From an uncultured bacterium (lineage in GTDB: Bacteria > Chloroflexota > Limnocylindria > QHBO01), in the NCBI GenBank assembly GCA_965652075.1, contig CBFGTN010000004.1:6775-70774 (forward strand): a stretch of DNA of 64,000 bases, given 5' to 3'. Each line of letters starts with the position of its first letter. Positions within the stretch are counted from its first letter, which is position 1. This document shows positions 9,088-18,901 of this stretch, piece by piece. A program made the translations under genes and the position numbers. The notes beneath the pieces were generated by a model, which saw only the letters and a program-made list of their open reading frames with translations, searched no databases and was not told the DNA's origin.

Positions 9088-9774
9088 TCACCCGGCCGCT
9101 CGTGCGGCGAGCTCGCGCAGTGCGTCGTTCGGTCGGTCCCGCCAGGGCGGGTAGTGCGACAGGGCGATCAGGTCGACGTCGAGCTCCGTCAACCGGTCCA
9201 CGGACACCCGCGCCCCGGCGTGGTCATGGCTGAAGAAGGCGCTCGCGTAGGTCAGCCGGCCGCGGACGACCTGCAGCACGTCGCCGGTGAAGAGGATCCG
9301 CTGCCGCTCGAGATACAGGCAGATGCTTCCCGGCGTGTGCCCGGGGGTGTGGATGACCCGCAACCCGCCGAGGACTGGGACCAGCTCCCCGTCCTGGACC
9401 GTCGTGGGCTCGGTCGGCGCTCGGGTGAGGTACTGGATGATCCGGCCCCGGCGCTCGCCACGGGGCTCGGTCCGTGCAAGGGCCTCCCGCAACGGGCGTC
9501 GGAGCCCGGCGAGATCGTCCGGGTGGATGAGCACGATCACGTCCTCACGGTCGCGGACGATTTCCGACAGGCCACCGATGTGATCGGGATGACCGTGCGT
9601 GCAGACGATCCGCTCGAGCTCGTCGATGCGCCGGCCGATGCGTCGCAGGTACCGCAGCAGGGCCCGGCGCGACCCGACCATCCCGGCGTCGATGAGGGTC
9701 AGCCGCTCGTCGGCCAGGAGGAACGCATCGGCGCCCAGCATCCGCACCTGGTGGACGCCCGGGGCGATCTCCAT
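9088..9774 (-). CDS. MBL-fold metallo-hydrolase
   Basis: Carries the THGHPDHIGG (HxHxDH) metallo-beta-lactamase motif, plus downstream His and Asp ligand residues. Confidence 0.8.
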   Translation of the reverse strand: MEIAPGVHQVRMLGADAFLLADERLTLIDAGMVGSRRALLRYLRRIGRRIDELERIVCTHGHPDHIGGLSEIVRDREDVIVLIHPDDLAGLRRPLREALARTEPRGERRGRIIQYLTRAPTEPTTVQDGELVPVLGGLRVIHTPGHTPGSICLYLERQRILFTGDVLQVVRGRLTYASAFFSHDHAGARVSVDRLTELDVDLIALSHYPPWRDRPNDALRELAARAAG

Positions 9775-9794
9775 GGTGGCCGGGATTGTACGGC

Positions 9795-9826
9795 CGACGT
9801 CAGTGCGCGGGCCCGATCGTTGACGT
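9795..9826. promoter_or_regulatory. Inverted repeat GACGTCA-N18-TGACGTC in the divergent promoter region between the MBL hydrolase and the MFS–cNMP gene
   Basis: Perfect 7-bp arms read directly from the sequence. It sits between divergently transcribed genes, so it is a candidate operator (for example for a CRP/FNR-type regulator). Confidence 0.3.
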
Positions 9827-9881
9827 CCCTGCCGGCAAGTCCCTAGGCTCCGCCCACTGATTGGCGACGCTGGGGAGACCG

Positions 9882-11549
9882 ATGATCGCGCGACTCCGCG
9901 CTGACGCCGCGCGGTCCCTCGCCGCGTTCCGCGAGGCGATCGCGAACCCGGACATCCGCAACGTCGTCCTCACCGCGACCGCCTTCTTCTCCAGCCGATG
10001 GGCGTTGAACGTCAGCCTGTACGTGTACGCCTACCAGGTCGGCGGCGCCGGCTCGGTGGCCCTGATGGGCGTGATCCAGATGCTGCCGACGGTCCTCGCC
10101 GTCCCGGTCATCACCGGCATGGGCGACCAGTTCCGACGCCAGCGCGTTCTTGCCGTCATCTACGCCGGCGGCGCGGTGGCTGCCGTCTTCCTCGCGCTCG
10201 CATTCCAGGACACCGAGCACGCGGTGTGGGTGTTCATCCTCGCCGGCGTGTCCTCGGCCATCGGGGCCGCTGCCCGCCCGCTGCAGATGGCGCTCCTTCC
10301 GGCGTGTGCGAAGCGGCCCGGCGAGCTCATCGCCGCGAACGTCGTGTGCGGAGCGTCCGACGGCCTCGCCGCGATCTTCGGCCCGGCCGTGGCGGCGGTG
10401 ATTCTGGCCGTCGCTGGGCCCGAGGCCGTCGCCGTGGTCGTGGCCGTCACGCGAGGGGTCGCGGCGCTCTTCGTCATGCGCATCGGTGTGGCGCAGACCG
10501 TGGCGCCGCTCGCCGACCGGAGCTGGAAGCGTCCCGCCACCGTGTTCGGGGCCGCCGGGGACGGGCTGCGGGCGCTCGGGAGCCTGCCGGGTCCGCGGCT
10601 CCTCATCGGCGTGCTCTCGGTTCGGACCTTCGTGCGCGGGATGCTGATCGTCCTGCTGGTGGAGGCCGCGATCGCGGCCCTGCGAATGGGCGAGCCGGGG
10701 GTCGGCACGCTGAACGCGGCGATCGGCGTGGGCAGCGTGGTCGGCGGCATCTTCGCCCTCGGCCTCGTCAGCCAGCCGCGGCTTGCGCCGAGCCTGGCGC
10801 TCGGCCTCATCGGCCGCGGACTGCCGATCCTGCTGATCGGGATCTTCATGGACCCATTCGCCGCGATCGTGCTCCTCGCGATCTGCGGGCTCAGCAACTC
10901 GATCGTCGACACCTCGGCGTACACCCTGCTCCAGGGCACGGTGCCGGACCGGGTGCGGGCGGGGGTCCTTGGCGTCCTCGAGGCCGCGATCGGCCTGACG
11001 GTCGCGGCGGGTGAGATCACCGCACCGATCCTGCTCGATCGTCTCGGCGTCGAGGCGACATTCATCGTCGCCGGCGCCATCCTGCCCGTGGTCACGATCG
11101 GCCTCTGGCCCCTGCTGCGCCGTCTCGACGACCAGGTCCTCCCGCCGCGCGAGCTGCTGCGGCTGCTCAAGGGCGTCCCGATGTTCGAGCCGCTGTCGCT
11201 GGCGGTGATCGAGCAGCTGGCCGGCGGGATGCAGGTTGTCACATACGCGAAGGGCACCGAGATCATTCGCCAGGGAGAGGCGGGCGACGCGTTCTATCTC
11301 CTCATCGACGGGTCGGTCGAGGTGATCCGAGACGGAACCCACGTCGACGCCATCGGCGCCGGGGGGTCATTCGGCGAGGTGGCGCTCATCAGCGGAGAGC
11401 CGCGCAACGCGACCGTGCGCGCGACCGCGGACTGCCGCCTGTATCGGCTCGACGCCGCGACGTTCCTGTCGGCCGTGACCGGGAACCCCCACAGCCAGGC
11501 CGCCGCCGATCGCGTCGCCGGCGAGCGAGGGTGGGCCGGCCGAGCCTGA
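9882..11549 (+). CDS. MFS transporter fused to a C-terminal cyclic-nucleotide-binding (cNMP/CAP-effector) domain
   Basis: About 12 TM helices, then a cNMP-binding beta-roll (GEAGDAFYLLIDGSVEV...GAGGSFGEVALISGEPRNATVRA). Start taken at the ATG at 9882, downstream of the tracked TTG at 9861. Confidence 0.75.
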   Translation: MIARLRADAARSLAAFREAIANPDIRNVVLTATAFFSSRWALNVSLYVYAYQVGGAGSVALMGVIQMLPTVLAVPVITGMGDQFRRQRVLAVIYAGGAVAAVFLALAFQDTEHAVWVFILAGVSSAIGAAARPLQMALLPACAKRPGELIAANVVCGASDGLAAIFGPAVAAVILAVAGPEAVAVVVAVTRGVAALFVMRIGVAQTVAPLADRSWKRPATVFGAAGDGLRALGSLPGPRLLIGVLSVRTFVRGMLIVLLVEAAIAALRMGEPGVGTLNAAIGVGSVVGGIFALGLVSQPRLAPSLALGLIGRGLPILLIGIFMDPFAAIVLLAICGLSNSIVDTSAYTLLQGTVPDRVRAGVLGVLEAAIGLTVAAGEITAPILLDRLGVEATFIVAGAILPVVTIGLWPLLRRLDDQVLPPRELLRLLKGVPMFEPLSLAVIEQLAGGMQVVTYAKGTEIIRQGEAGDAFYLLIDGSVEVIRDGTHVDAIGAGGSFGEVALISGEPRNATVRATADCRLYRLDAATFLSAVTGNPHSQAAADRVAGERGWAGRA

Positions 11550-11556
11550 GCGCCCG

Positions 11557-12339
11557 CTACGGGGACGCTTCCAGCCGCTCCTGCAGATCCATGAGCGGCC
11601 GTTGGCTGACGTTGATCAGCCCGTCCTGCGGACGGTCGAGATCGACGACGAGCCACAGCACCGCGCCGAGCGAGATCGCCAGCGTGAAGGCGATGACCGG
11701 GCTCCGCTTGCGGGCGAGTCCCGCGTTGTAGCCGACCAGGCCGAGGCTCAGGATCACGCCGATCACGAGCAGCCAGAGGACCGTCGGCGGGACGCGCGCG
11801 TAGAGCGCGGCGACGAGCCGCGTCTCGTGCAGCTCGATGACCTCGTTCAGGCCCTCGACGTAGAGGGCGGTGACGTCGGATCCCTCGGTTCTCGCAACCT
11901 CCTCGGCAATCGTCCACAGCTCGGCCTGGATCGCCTCGGACCGGGCGATCGCGCCAGCGAGGTCGTCGGGGTCGGACGTGGCGATCCGGAGCGGAACGTA
12001 CTCGCGCAGGAGCGCCTGGGAGTCGGACGATGCCGGCTCGGACAGGTAGCCGGCCCTCAGGTACGTCGTGTAGATCGTGTTCGCCTCGTCCAGGACGAGC
12101 CCGCGGCGGTTGTCGAACCTGTCGGCCGCCATGCCCATCGCGATCGCGAGCAGGAAGGCCATGAGCCCCAGGATCGCGCCGACGATCAGGCCGCTGGCGC
12201 CGTCGTCGGCGTCCGGATCACGCCCCTTCTGCCGGTCGCCGAACCGATAGCCGACCTCGTACACCACGAGGTTGACCAGGACGAAGACCGCGACGAGGAT
12301 CCAGAGCGGGACCTGGTCGAGCGGCTGCTGCGTCGTCAC
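11557..12339 (-). CDS. Membrane protein, DUF4239/bestrophin-like family (hypothetical)
   Basis: 260 aa with an N-terminal TM pair and a C-terminal TM pair around a soluble core. The family assignment is from memory of the architecture only. Confidence 0.5.
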   Translation of the reverse strand: MTTQQPLDQVPLWILVAVFVLVNLVVYEVGYRFGDRQKGRDPDADDGASGLIVGAILGLMAFLLAIAMGMAADRFDNRRGLVLDEANTIYTTYLRAGYLSEPASSDSQALLREYVPLRIATSDPDDLAGAIARSEAIQAELWTIAEEVARTEGSDVTALYVEGLNEVIELHETRLVAALYARVPPTVLWLLVIGVILSLGLVGYNAGLARKRSPVIAFTLAISLGAVLWLVVDLDRPQDGLINVSQRPLMDLQERLEASP

Positions 12340-12345
12340 CGCGGG

Positions 12346-13485
12346 TTACCCGCTTGGCGGCGTTGTAGGGGGTGGACCGGCGGGAGGGGGTGGACCCGCC
12401 GAGGGTGGAGGCGTGCCAGGCGGCGGTGCGCCCGGAGGCAGATCCTCTGGCGGGATCGGCGGCTCGCCACCGGTCGCGTCGAGCTCGTCCTCATCGGCGT
12501 TCCGGTTCTGATACCAGACGTAGAAGATGGCGCCGCCCGCGGCAAGCACGGCGAGGATCGCGAGCCAGGGCAGCGGACCGGGGCCCTGATCGCCCGACTC
12601 ACCGCTTGCCGACGGCGACGGCTCGGGCGTCGGGCTCTCGGTGGCCGATGGCGATGCCGATGCCGTGACGCTTGTCGATGGGCTGGGACTCGGTGATGGG
12701 GTCGCCGTGGCGCTCGGCGAGGGGCTCGGCGTGGCACTGGGTGTCGGGCTCGGCGACGGCGTCGGGGTCGCCGTCGGTGTCGGGCTCGGTGACGGCGTTG
12801 GCGTCGCGGTCGGAGTCGGCGATGGGGTCGGGCTCGGCGAGGCCGTCGGCGATGGGGACGGCGTCGGCGTGGCCGTCGGCGATGGCGTCCCCGCCTCCGT
12901 TGGCGAGGGTGTGGGCGCGACACTCTCCGTCGCCGATGCGGTTGGGACCGGCTCCTCCGACGGCGAGATGGACGACCCGGCATCGCCGCACTCGAGCCGC
13001 GAGTCGCCGAGTGCGGCCATGAACGCATCGATCGCCTGGGCCGCGACTTCGACGTCGCCGAGCGCCTCCTCGACCGTCGCCGGGTCGCCCGAATCGATCG
13101 CGGCGCGCAGGTTCGACGCACCGATGGTGGTCGCGTCAAGCGCCGTCTGGAACGCCGCCTCGATGACGGGACCGACGTCCTCGGCGGCGTCGTCGAGGGC
13201 TGCCTGTCCGTCCGCAGCCGTCGACTCGAGGCCGTCGACGGCCTCGAGTGCCGACGCGTTCTCTGGCGTGCCGGTCTGGGCGACGAGGGCGGGGTCGAGG
13301 GCGAGCAGCTCGTCCAGATCGGCCTGGATCTGGACGGCATAGTCGAACAGAGCGCAGACCGCGTTCTCCGCCCGACCGCACGCGGTCAGGAGCGCCAGCG
13401 CCAGGGGCAGGACCAGGATCGCGAGGCGCGCTCGGGACGCTCCCTTCGGGGCGCGCGGAGTCGCGAGGCGCGGGTCAGGCGTCAC
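12346..13485 (-). CDS. Lipoprotein with a long Pro/Thr/Ser-rich linker, a C-terminal TM anchor and a Pro-rich cytoplasmic tail
   Basis: Signal peptide plus lipobox (LLTAC). The helical N-domain is followed by (PTPSPTPTA)n low complexity, then a TM helix and a PPPG-rich tail. Confidence 0.6.
   Translation of the reverse strand: MTPDPRLATPRAPKGASRARLAILVLPLALALLTACGRAENAVCALFDYAVQIQADLDELLALDPALVAQTGTPENASALEAVDGLESTAADGQAALDDAAEDVGPVIEAAFQTALDATTIGASNLRAAIDSGDPATVEEALGDVEVAAQAIDAFMAALGDSRLECGDAGSSISPSEEPVPTASATESVAPTPSPTEAGTPSPTATPTPSPSPTASPSPTPSPTPTATPTPSPSPTPTATPTPSPSPTPSATPSPSPSATATPSPSPSPSTSVTASASPSATESPTPEPSPSASGESGDQGPGPLPWLAILAVLAAGGAIFYVWYQNRNADEDELDATGGEPPIPPEDLPPGAPPPGTPPPSAGPPPPAGPPPTTPPSG
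12640..12990. repeat. Coding low-complexity tandem repeat (GGCGTCGGC/GTCGGG-type units) encoding PT/PS linkers
   Basis: Visible periodic gtcggcg/ggggtcgg units. On the minus strand it encodes the (S/T)P-rich linker of the lipoprotein. It is not a CRISPR array: no spacers, imperfect units, in-frame coding. Confidence 0.5.
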
Positions 13486-14546
13486 GGGTGCGGTACGGCC
13501 TGCGCGAGCAGATCGGATGTGATCTCCGCGAGCGACGGACAGCCCGCGAGCGCCATCGCCAGCGACAGCTCGTCTCGCAGCAGCTCGATGACGCGCTGGA
13601 CGCCGTCAGCTCCATCGACGGCAAGGCCCCACAGTGCGGGCCGGCCGATTGCCACCAGGTCCGCTCCGAGGGCGATGCCCTTCAGGACGTCGACGCCCCG
13701 CCGCACCCCGCCGTCGACGACGAGGAGCGCACGGTCGCCGACCGCGGCCGCGATCTCGGCGAGCGCATGGGCGCCGGCGATCGAGGTATCGAGCTGGCGG
13801 CCGCCGTGGTTGCTCACCCAGATGCCGTCGCAGCCGGCCTCGACGGCCCGCAGCGCGTCATCGGCGCGAAGGATCCCCTTCGCCAGCAGCGGGATGGGGC
13901 AGACGCTCCGCAGCCACGCGAGGTCGTCCCAGTCGAGCTTCGGCAGCACGACGATTCCCGTCTCTGGGTCGACGGCCTGCTCGGGCGGCAGGTGCACGCC
14001 GAGGTCGATCTCGAATCCGCTGCGGCGGTCCCGCTCGCGATTGCCGGGCATCGGCAGGTCGACGGTCACGACGACGGCCGAGTAGCCGGCCGCCGCGGCC
14101 CGCTCGAGCAGGGCCCGGCACCAGTCGCGATCGCCGGGCGCATAGAGCTGGAACCACCGCGGCGCGCCGGGTGCCGCCGCGGCGACGTCCTCCATCGACA
14201 CTGACGAGATCGTCGACAGCGTGAACAGGCCGCCGGTGGCAGCGGCCCCTCGTGCCGTCGCGCGCTCCGCATCGGCGTGGGACAGCGAGTGGTCGGCGGT
14301 GGGTGCGACGACGATCGGATGGGCGAGCGACACCCCGAAAGCGCTCGTCGCGAGGTCGCGCGACGTGACGTCGACGAGGACGCGGGGACGGAGGAGGAGC
14401 CGATCCCATGCGGATCGGTTGGCGGCAATCGAGACCTCGTCGCCAGCGCCCCCGGCCTGGTAGTCCCATGCTCCGGGGTCGGTTCGGGCGCGCGCCAGCG
14501 GCTCGTACTCGGCGACGGTGATCGGGCGAGATGAAGCATCGGTCAT
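13482..14546 (-). CDS. FMN-dependent alpha-hydroxy-acid dehydrogenase/oxidase (L-lactate dehydrogenase / glycolate oxidase family)
   Basis: A TIM-barrel FMN enzyme signature: PIVVAPT..., SNHGGRQLD, and Gly-rich FMN phosphate-binding loops. The start is trimmed to the internal ATG ([15 protein letters not shown]); the longer tracked ORF has an R/S-rich junk N-terminus. Confidence 0.85.
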   Translation of the reverse strand: MTDASSRPITVAEYEPLARARTDPGAWDYQAGGAGDEVSIAANRSAWDRLLLRPRVLVDVTSRDLATSAFGVSLAHPIVVAPTADHSLSHADAERATARGAAATGGLFTLSTISSVSMEDVAAAAPGAPRWFQLYAPGDRDWCRALLERAAAAGYSAVVVTVDLPMPGNRERDRRSGFEIDLGVHLPPEQAVDPETGIVVLPKLDWDDLAWLRSVCPIPLLAKGILRADDALRAVEAGCDGIWVSNHGGRQLDTSIAGAHALAEIAAAVGDRALLVVDGGVRRGVDVLKGIALGADLVAIGRPALWGLAVDGADGVQRVIELLRDELSLAMALAGCPSLAEITSDLLAQAVPHP

Positions 14547-14565
14547 GCATCCCGATAATGCCCTC

Positions 14566-15495
14566 ATGCATCGACCCATCGCGTTCGTTCTCGGCAACGC
14601 CGGCCTCGTGCTGGCCATCCTCGTCGTCCTCGTGCTGTCGTCGTGCTCCGCCGAGGAGCCCGCGGTGAGCGCCAGCGCGACACAAGAACCGACTCCCGAG
14701 CCATCCCCATCGCCGACGTTGTCGGCCGAGATGCTCGACCGGGCGTGGAACGTCCTGTACGTCGGTTTGGACCAGAACGAGGCACGCGAGGGCGCCGGCG
14801 AGCCCAAGAACACCGATGCGCTCATGCTCGCCAGCCTGTCGGCCGACCAGTCGGAGCTGACCCTCGTGTCGCTGCCGCGCGACACCGTCGACATCCCGCT
14901 GCCTGACGGCTCGATCTGGTCGCGCAAGATCAACGCGCTGTACGCGGAGCAGGGAATCGACGCGCTCGTCGGCGCGATGGAGACCCTCTACGGCGTCGAG
15001 ATCGACGGCTACGTCCTCGCGGACATGGATGACTTCAAGGCGCTCGTCGAAGCCGTCGGCGGCGTGGAGGTCTCGCCCGAGGAGCCGCTCGTCGACCCGA
15101 TCGTGAAGCTCGACCTGGAGGCGGGTCCGCAGACGCTCGACCCGCAGCAGACGCTCGGGTACGTCCGGACGCGCGTCGACCAGGACTATGGCCGCATGGG
15201 CCGCCAGCAGGAGGTGATCGTCGAGCTCGTGAAGGGGCTGACCGATCCGGACGGGGAGATCGACCTCGAGGCGCTCATCGACGGGCTCGACTCCCTCGAG
15301 ACCGACCTGCCGCTCGACGAGCTGCTGACGCTCGCGGAGCTCGGACGGCGCGCCGCCGACGCGGACGTGAACAACCTCGTCATCGAGCCGCCGCTCATCG
15401 TCTTCGCGGGCGACCGCGGGGACGGGCGCGGCTACATCCTGCAGCCGGACGTCGAGGCGATCCGAGCGCGCGTGCAGGAGCTGATCGGCGAGTAA
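14566..15495 (+). CDS. LytR-CpsA-Psr (LCP) family cell-envelope phosphotransferase
   Basis: N-terminal TM anchor, then LCP core motifs (NVLYVGLDQ, TDALMLASL, LVSLPRDT). Start chosen at the ATG at 14566, because the tracked GTG at 14518 overlaps the divergent dehydrogenase start. Confidence 0.75.
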   Translation: MHRPIAFVLGNAGLVLAILVVLVLSSCSAEEPAVSASATQEPTPEPSPSPTLSAEMLDRAWNVLYVGLDQNEAREGAGEPKNTDALMLASLSADQSELTLVSLPRDTVDIPLPDGSIWSRKINALYAEQGIDALVGAMETLYGVEIDGYVLADMDDFKALVEAVGGVEVSPEEPLVDPIVKLDLEAGPQTLDPQQTLGYVRTRVDQDYGRMGRQQEVIVELVKGLTDPDGEIDLEALIDGLDSLETDLPLDELLTLAELGRRAADADVNNLVIEPPLIVFAGDRGDGRGYILQPDVEAIRARVQELIGE

Positions 15496-15555
15496 GGGGT
15501 CCGCGACCCGCGAGGGTCCGCGCTGTCGTCGGGCGTTGCGCTCCCGCGACGGGGC

Positions 15556-16284
15556 TCAGGAGTCGGAGCCGCCCTCGGACTCGGACTCGTCGCCGCCCGA
15601 CTCGCCACCCTCCGCGGGAGCGCCCTCGGCACCCTCGCCCTCGGCGCCCTCCTCGCCCTCGGCGGCCTCGGCCGCGGCAGCCTCGAGCTCCTCCTCGGTG
15701 AGGACGGGCTCCGGCTCCTCCTCGATCCGCGGCGGGACGACGGTCGCGACGAGCGCGTCGCCATCGGTCATGACGTGGACGAGGTCGCGGTTGAAGTTGA
15801 GGTCGCGGACGTGGATGGCGACGTCGAGGGTGTGCAGGACCGACACGTCCACCACGATCTCGCGCGGGATGTCGGTCGGCAGTGCCTTGACGTGGACGCT
15901 CGACAGGTTGTGCAGCAGCGTGCCGCCGGTCTCCTCGACGGCCGGGGCCTCGCCCGTGAACACGAGCGGGACGTCGACCTCCATCTCCTGCTTGAGGTTG
16001 ACGAGGAAGAAGTCGACGTGGATGGCGCTGCCGCTGAGCGGGTTGCGCTGGACGCTCTTGATGATGCCGCTCGCCGGGGCGCTCTTGCCGGGCAGGTGGA
16101 GGTTGACGACGGACGTGCGGCCGGCCTGTCGGTAGAGCGTCTCGAAGCCCTTCGCGTCGACCTGGACCGGGATCGAGTCCTCCTCCTTGCCGAAGACGAC
16201 GCCGGGCACGATGCCCGCGCGGCGCAGCCGCTTGTTGGCCTTGCCGTGCGCGTCGCGCGCGTCGAGGGTCAGCTCCAGGTCCAT
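15556..16284 (-). CDS. rplY: 50S ribosomal protein L25 / general stress protein Ctc, with an acidic C-terminal tail
   Basis: MDLELTLDARDAHGKANKRLRRAGIVPGVVFG... is a typical L25/Ctc N-domain. The C-terminus is an E/A/G-rich acidic extension. Start trimmed to the internal ATG. Confidence 0.85.
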   Translation of the reverse strand: MDLELTLDARDAHGKANKRLRRAGIVPGVVFGKEEDSIPVQVDAKGFETLYRQAGRTSVVNLHLPGKSAPASGIIKSVQRNPLSGSAIHVDFFLVNLKQEMEVDVPLVFTGEAPAVEETGGTLLHNLSSVHVKALPTDIPREIVVDVSVLHTLDVAIHVRDLNFNRDLVHVMTDGDALVATVVPPRIEEEPEPVLTEEELEAAAAEAAEGEEGAEGEGAEGAPAEGGESGGDESESEGGSDS

Positions 16285-16601
16285 GGGTCGGTCGGTTCCT
16301 CGGTCGATTCGAGTTGCGGGCAGCGCGGATCGGGGCGACGAGCGCTCCGTGCGAGCCGGCATGGTACCCGGCGAGCGGCCGAGCGGCAACCGCAGCCCTC
16401 CGAACGAGCGCAGCTCAGAACGACCCGCGCCTGACGATCGAGCCGGACGTCTCGATCCCGCCGAGCTCCGAGACGTTCCTCGTCGGCGGCGATCCGGCGC
16501 TCGACGCGGCGCTCCGAGACGAGCGAATGCCCGGAGTTGGATAAGGGATCTTCACCTTCTCCAAGATCGGCCGCATCCCGCTCGATTCCTATACTCCGCG
16601 T

Positions 16602-17300
16602 GTGGCCGGCACGATCATGATCGTCGAGGACGAGCCCGCCGTCGCTCGCGGCGTGCAGGTGGCGCTCGAGCGCGAGGGCTACGACGTGAGCGTTCAGCCC
16701 ACCGGCGAGGACGCGATCGCGAACTTCGCCGATGCCGCGCCCGACCTCGTGGTCCTCGACGTGCGCCTGCCGGGGATCGACGGCTTCGAGGTCCTGCGCC
16801 AGCTCCGCCGCGACACGCGGGCACCGGTCCTCTTCCTCACGGCGCGCGCCGACGAGGTCGACAAGGTCGTCGGACTCGAGATGGGCGCGGACGACTACCT
16901 CGTCAAGCCGTTCAGCGTCCGCGAGCTCGTGAGCCGCATCAAGGCCCTCCTGCGCCGCGCGTACGGCGAGCTGGCGGATACCCAGACCGGCCGCACGCTC
17001 CGACGCGGCGACCTCGTGATCGACCTCGAGCGGCGGCGCGTCACGCTAAGGGGAGAGCGCATCGGCCTGACCACCACCGAGTTCGACCTCCTGCGCCACC
17101 TCGCCTCGCGGCCGGGACGGGTGTACACGCGTGCGCAGCTCCTCGAGCTCGTCCGTGACTACGACGACGCGCTCGAGCAGGACGAGCGGACGATCAACGT
17201 CCACATCAGCCACATCCGCGACAAGGTCGAGCCCGACCCGTCGCAGCCGCGCTACATCCGGACGGTGCGGGGCGTCGGCTATGCCTTCGCCGAGGACTGA
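16602..17300 (+). CDS. OmpR-family response regulator (MprA-like)
   Basis: Receiver domain (IMIVEDEP...DLVVLDVRLPGIDGF...KVVGLEMGADDYLVKPF) plus a winged-helix output domain (RYIRTVRGVGY). Confidence 0.9.
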   Translation: MAGTIMIVEDEPAVARGVQVALEREGYDVSVQPTGEDAIANFADAAPDLVVLDVRLPGIDGFEVLRQLRRDTRAPVLFLTARADEVDKVVGLEMGADDYLVKPFSVRELVSRIKALLRRAYGELADTQTGRTLRRGDLVIDLERRRVTLRGERIGLTTTEFDLLRHLASRPGRVYTRAQLLELVRDYDDALEQDERTINVHISHIRDKVEPDPSQPRYIRTVRGVGYAFAED

Positions 17301-18885
17301 CAGGCCCGCGTCGTCGCGGTCGACACCGGACTGGTCGACCTTCGACCCGCGCGGCCTGCCGGCGCTCGCCAGCCGGCTGAACGTCCGCCTCGTCCTCGCC
17401 CTCGTGACGGTCACGCTGGTCGGACTGATCACGTCGGGCATCGCGATTCAGCAGATCCTGCCGGGCTTCTTCGCGGAACAGACCGAGCAGCGGATCGATA
17501 CCGCCGCTGCTTCTGCCGCGTTCTCCCTTCAGGGCGCGGTCACACGCGTCGGTAACGACCGACAGACGCAGGCGACGGCGCAAATCCGCGAGCTCCGTGA
17601 CTCGCGCATTGCGCCAGAGGTTGCGCTCCAGGCCGCCCGCCAGTTCGGCGCGACGGTCACCGTGATCAACGACCTGGGCGCGACCGTGACCCGCGCGGTA
17701 CCGCCGAACACGGATGAGCTCGAGGCCCAGGGTCTTCGGCGCGACACCGAGGCCGGACCCGCGCAGCGCCGCGTCGACATCGAGCTGCCTGACGGACAGG
17801 TGGTCAGCTATCGGATCGTCGTGAGCGACCTGTACTCGACGCGGGAGGCGACGCTGGAGCAGATCCGCAGCGCGCTCATCGGCGCCGGGATCCTGGCGCT
17901 CGGCGCCTCCCTGGCGACCGGCGTGGTCGCCGCGCGGAGCCTGACGATCCCGATCGCTCGGCTGCGCCGCGTCGCCGGGCGCGTCGCGCAGGGCCAGCTC
18001 GACGAGCGGGCGGCGCGTTCGGGAGTGCTCGAGATCGACGAGCTCGGTCAGCAGTTCAACGTCATGGCCGACAGGCTCTCGGGAACGCTGCGCATGGTCG
18101 AGGCGGATCGCGACCGGCTCCGCGAGTTCGTCGCCGATGTCAGCCACGAGCTGCGCACCCCGATCGCCGCGCTGCGGATGTACACCGAGCTCCAGCGAGA
18201 CGGCGACGTGGACGAGACGACGCGCCGCGAGTTCCTGGATCGCTCGCTCGACCAGATCCAGCGCCTCGAGTGGTTGAGCACGAACCTCCTCGACCTCTCG
18301 CGCATCGACGCCGGCATCTACCCGCTCGACATGCGCGAGGGCGACTTGCGGGACCCCGTGCAGGCCGTCGTCCAGGCGCTGAGCGAGACGTCGGTCGAGC
18401 ACGGCGTGGCGCTCGCGTCGGAAGTGCCCGGCGAGCCGGTCGAGATGCGCTTCGACCGCGAGCGGATCGTGCAGCTGATGACCAACCTCATCGGCAACGC
18501 GATCAAGTTCACCCCGCGCGAGGGAGCCGTATCGGTTCGGGTCGAGGAGCGCGCGGACGACGTGCTGATCGAGGTGCGGGACACCGGCGCCGGCATTCCG
18601 GCGGACGAGCTGCCGCACATCTTCGAGCGGTTCTACCGCGGGACGAACACCGGCGAGGCGCGCGCGTCGGGTAGCGGGCTCGGGCTCGCGATCGTGCGGT
18701 CGATCGTGGAGATGCACGACGGCCAGATCGAGATCGCCAGCGAGGTCGGCACGGGTACGCAGGTCCGGATCACGCTGCCGCGGCACCCGGCGGACGCGCG
18801 AGAGCCGACGGCGGAGGCGAGCGAGAAGGTCAACGAAACTTCACGCGGCGCGCAGGCTGCGCGCAATCCTGGGACCGTAGGGTGA
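17281..18885 (+). CDS. Sensor histidine kinase (MprB-like; TM–HAMP–HisKA–HATPase)
   Basis: Contains the H-box VSHELRTPIAA, an N-box IGNAIKFT and G-boxes RDTGAGI/GSGLGLAIV. The ATG at 17281 overlaps the response-regulator stop by 20 nt. Confidence 0.85.
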   Translation: MPSPRTDRPASSRSTPDWSTFDPRGLPALASRLNVRLVLALVTVTLVGLITSGIAIQQILPGFFAEQTEQRIDTAAASAAFSLQGAVTRVGNDRQTQATAQIRELRDSRIAPEVALQAARQFGATVTVINDLGATVTRAVPPNTDELEAQGLRRDTEAGPAQRRVDIELPDGQVVSYRIVVSDLYSTREATLEQIRSALIGAGILALGASLATGVVAARSLTIPIARLRRVAGRVAQGQLDERAARSGVLEIDELGQQFNVMADRLSGTLRMVEADRDRLREFVADVSHELRTPIAALRMYTELQRDGDVDETTRREFLDRSLDQIQRLEWLSTNLLDLSRIDAGIYPLDMREGDLRDPVQAVVQALSETSVEHGVALASEVPGEPVEMRFDRERIVQLMTNLIGNAIKFTPREGAVSVRVEERADDVLIEVRDTGAGIPADELPHIFERFYRGTNTGEARASGSGLGLAIVRSIVEMHDGQIEIASEVGTGTQVRITLPRHPADAREPTAEASEKVNETSRGAQAARNPGTVG

Positions 18886-18901
18886 AAGGTGCCCGCCCGG
18901 C

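Noticed and set aside
6678-9233. An 851-aa plus-strand ORF, and similar long ORFs at 48-1445, 2003-3181, 3745-5316, 5414-6748, 9843-11342, 33828-35864, 34906-36897, 46504-49059, 51236-54256, 51340-53754 and 44190-46100
   Set aside because: All are antisense or out-of-frame to genes with strong domain evidence. They show extreme Arg/Gly/Ala/Pro bias, no conserved motifs and no plausible starts. They are consequences of about 70% GC suppressing stop codons.
12640-12990. Periodic GC-rich short repeats, considered as a possible CRISPR or minisatellite (also at 23872-23965 and 55250-55340)
   Set aside because: The units are imperfect, there are no unique spacers, and the repeats are in frame within genes, encoding PT/PS-rich linkers. 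They are coding low-complexity sequence, not CRISPR arrays.
13482-14933. The full 483-aa extent of the FMN-dehydrogenase ORF
   Set aside because: The N-terminal 129 residues are S/R/G-rich, and overlap the divergent LCP gene start. The conserved fold begins at the internal [15 protein letters not shown], so the start was trimmed to 14546.
15495-15556. A possible intrinsic terminator between the convergent LCP and ctc genes (GGGTCCGCG direct repeats)
   Set aside because: The repeats are direct, not inverted. No convincing stem-loop plus U-tract could be drawn by eye.
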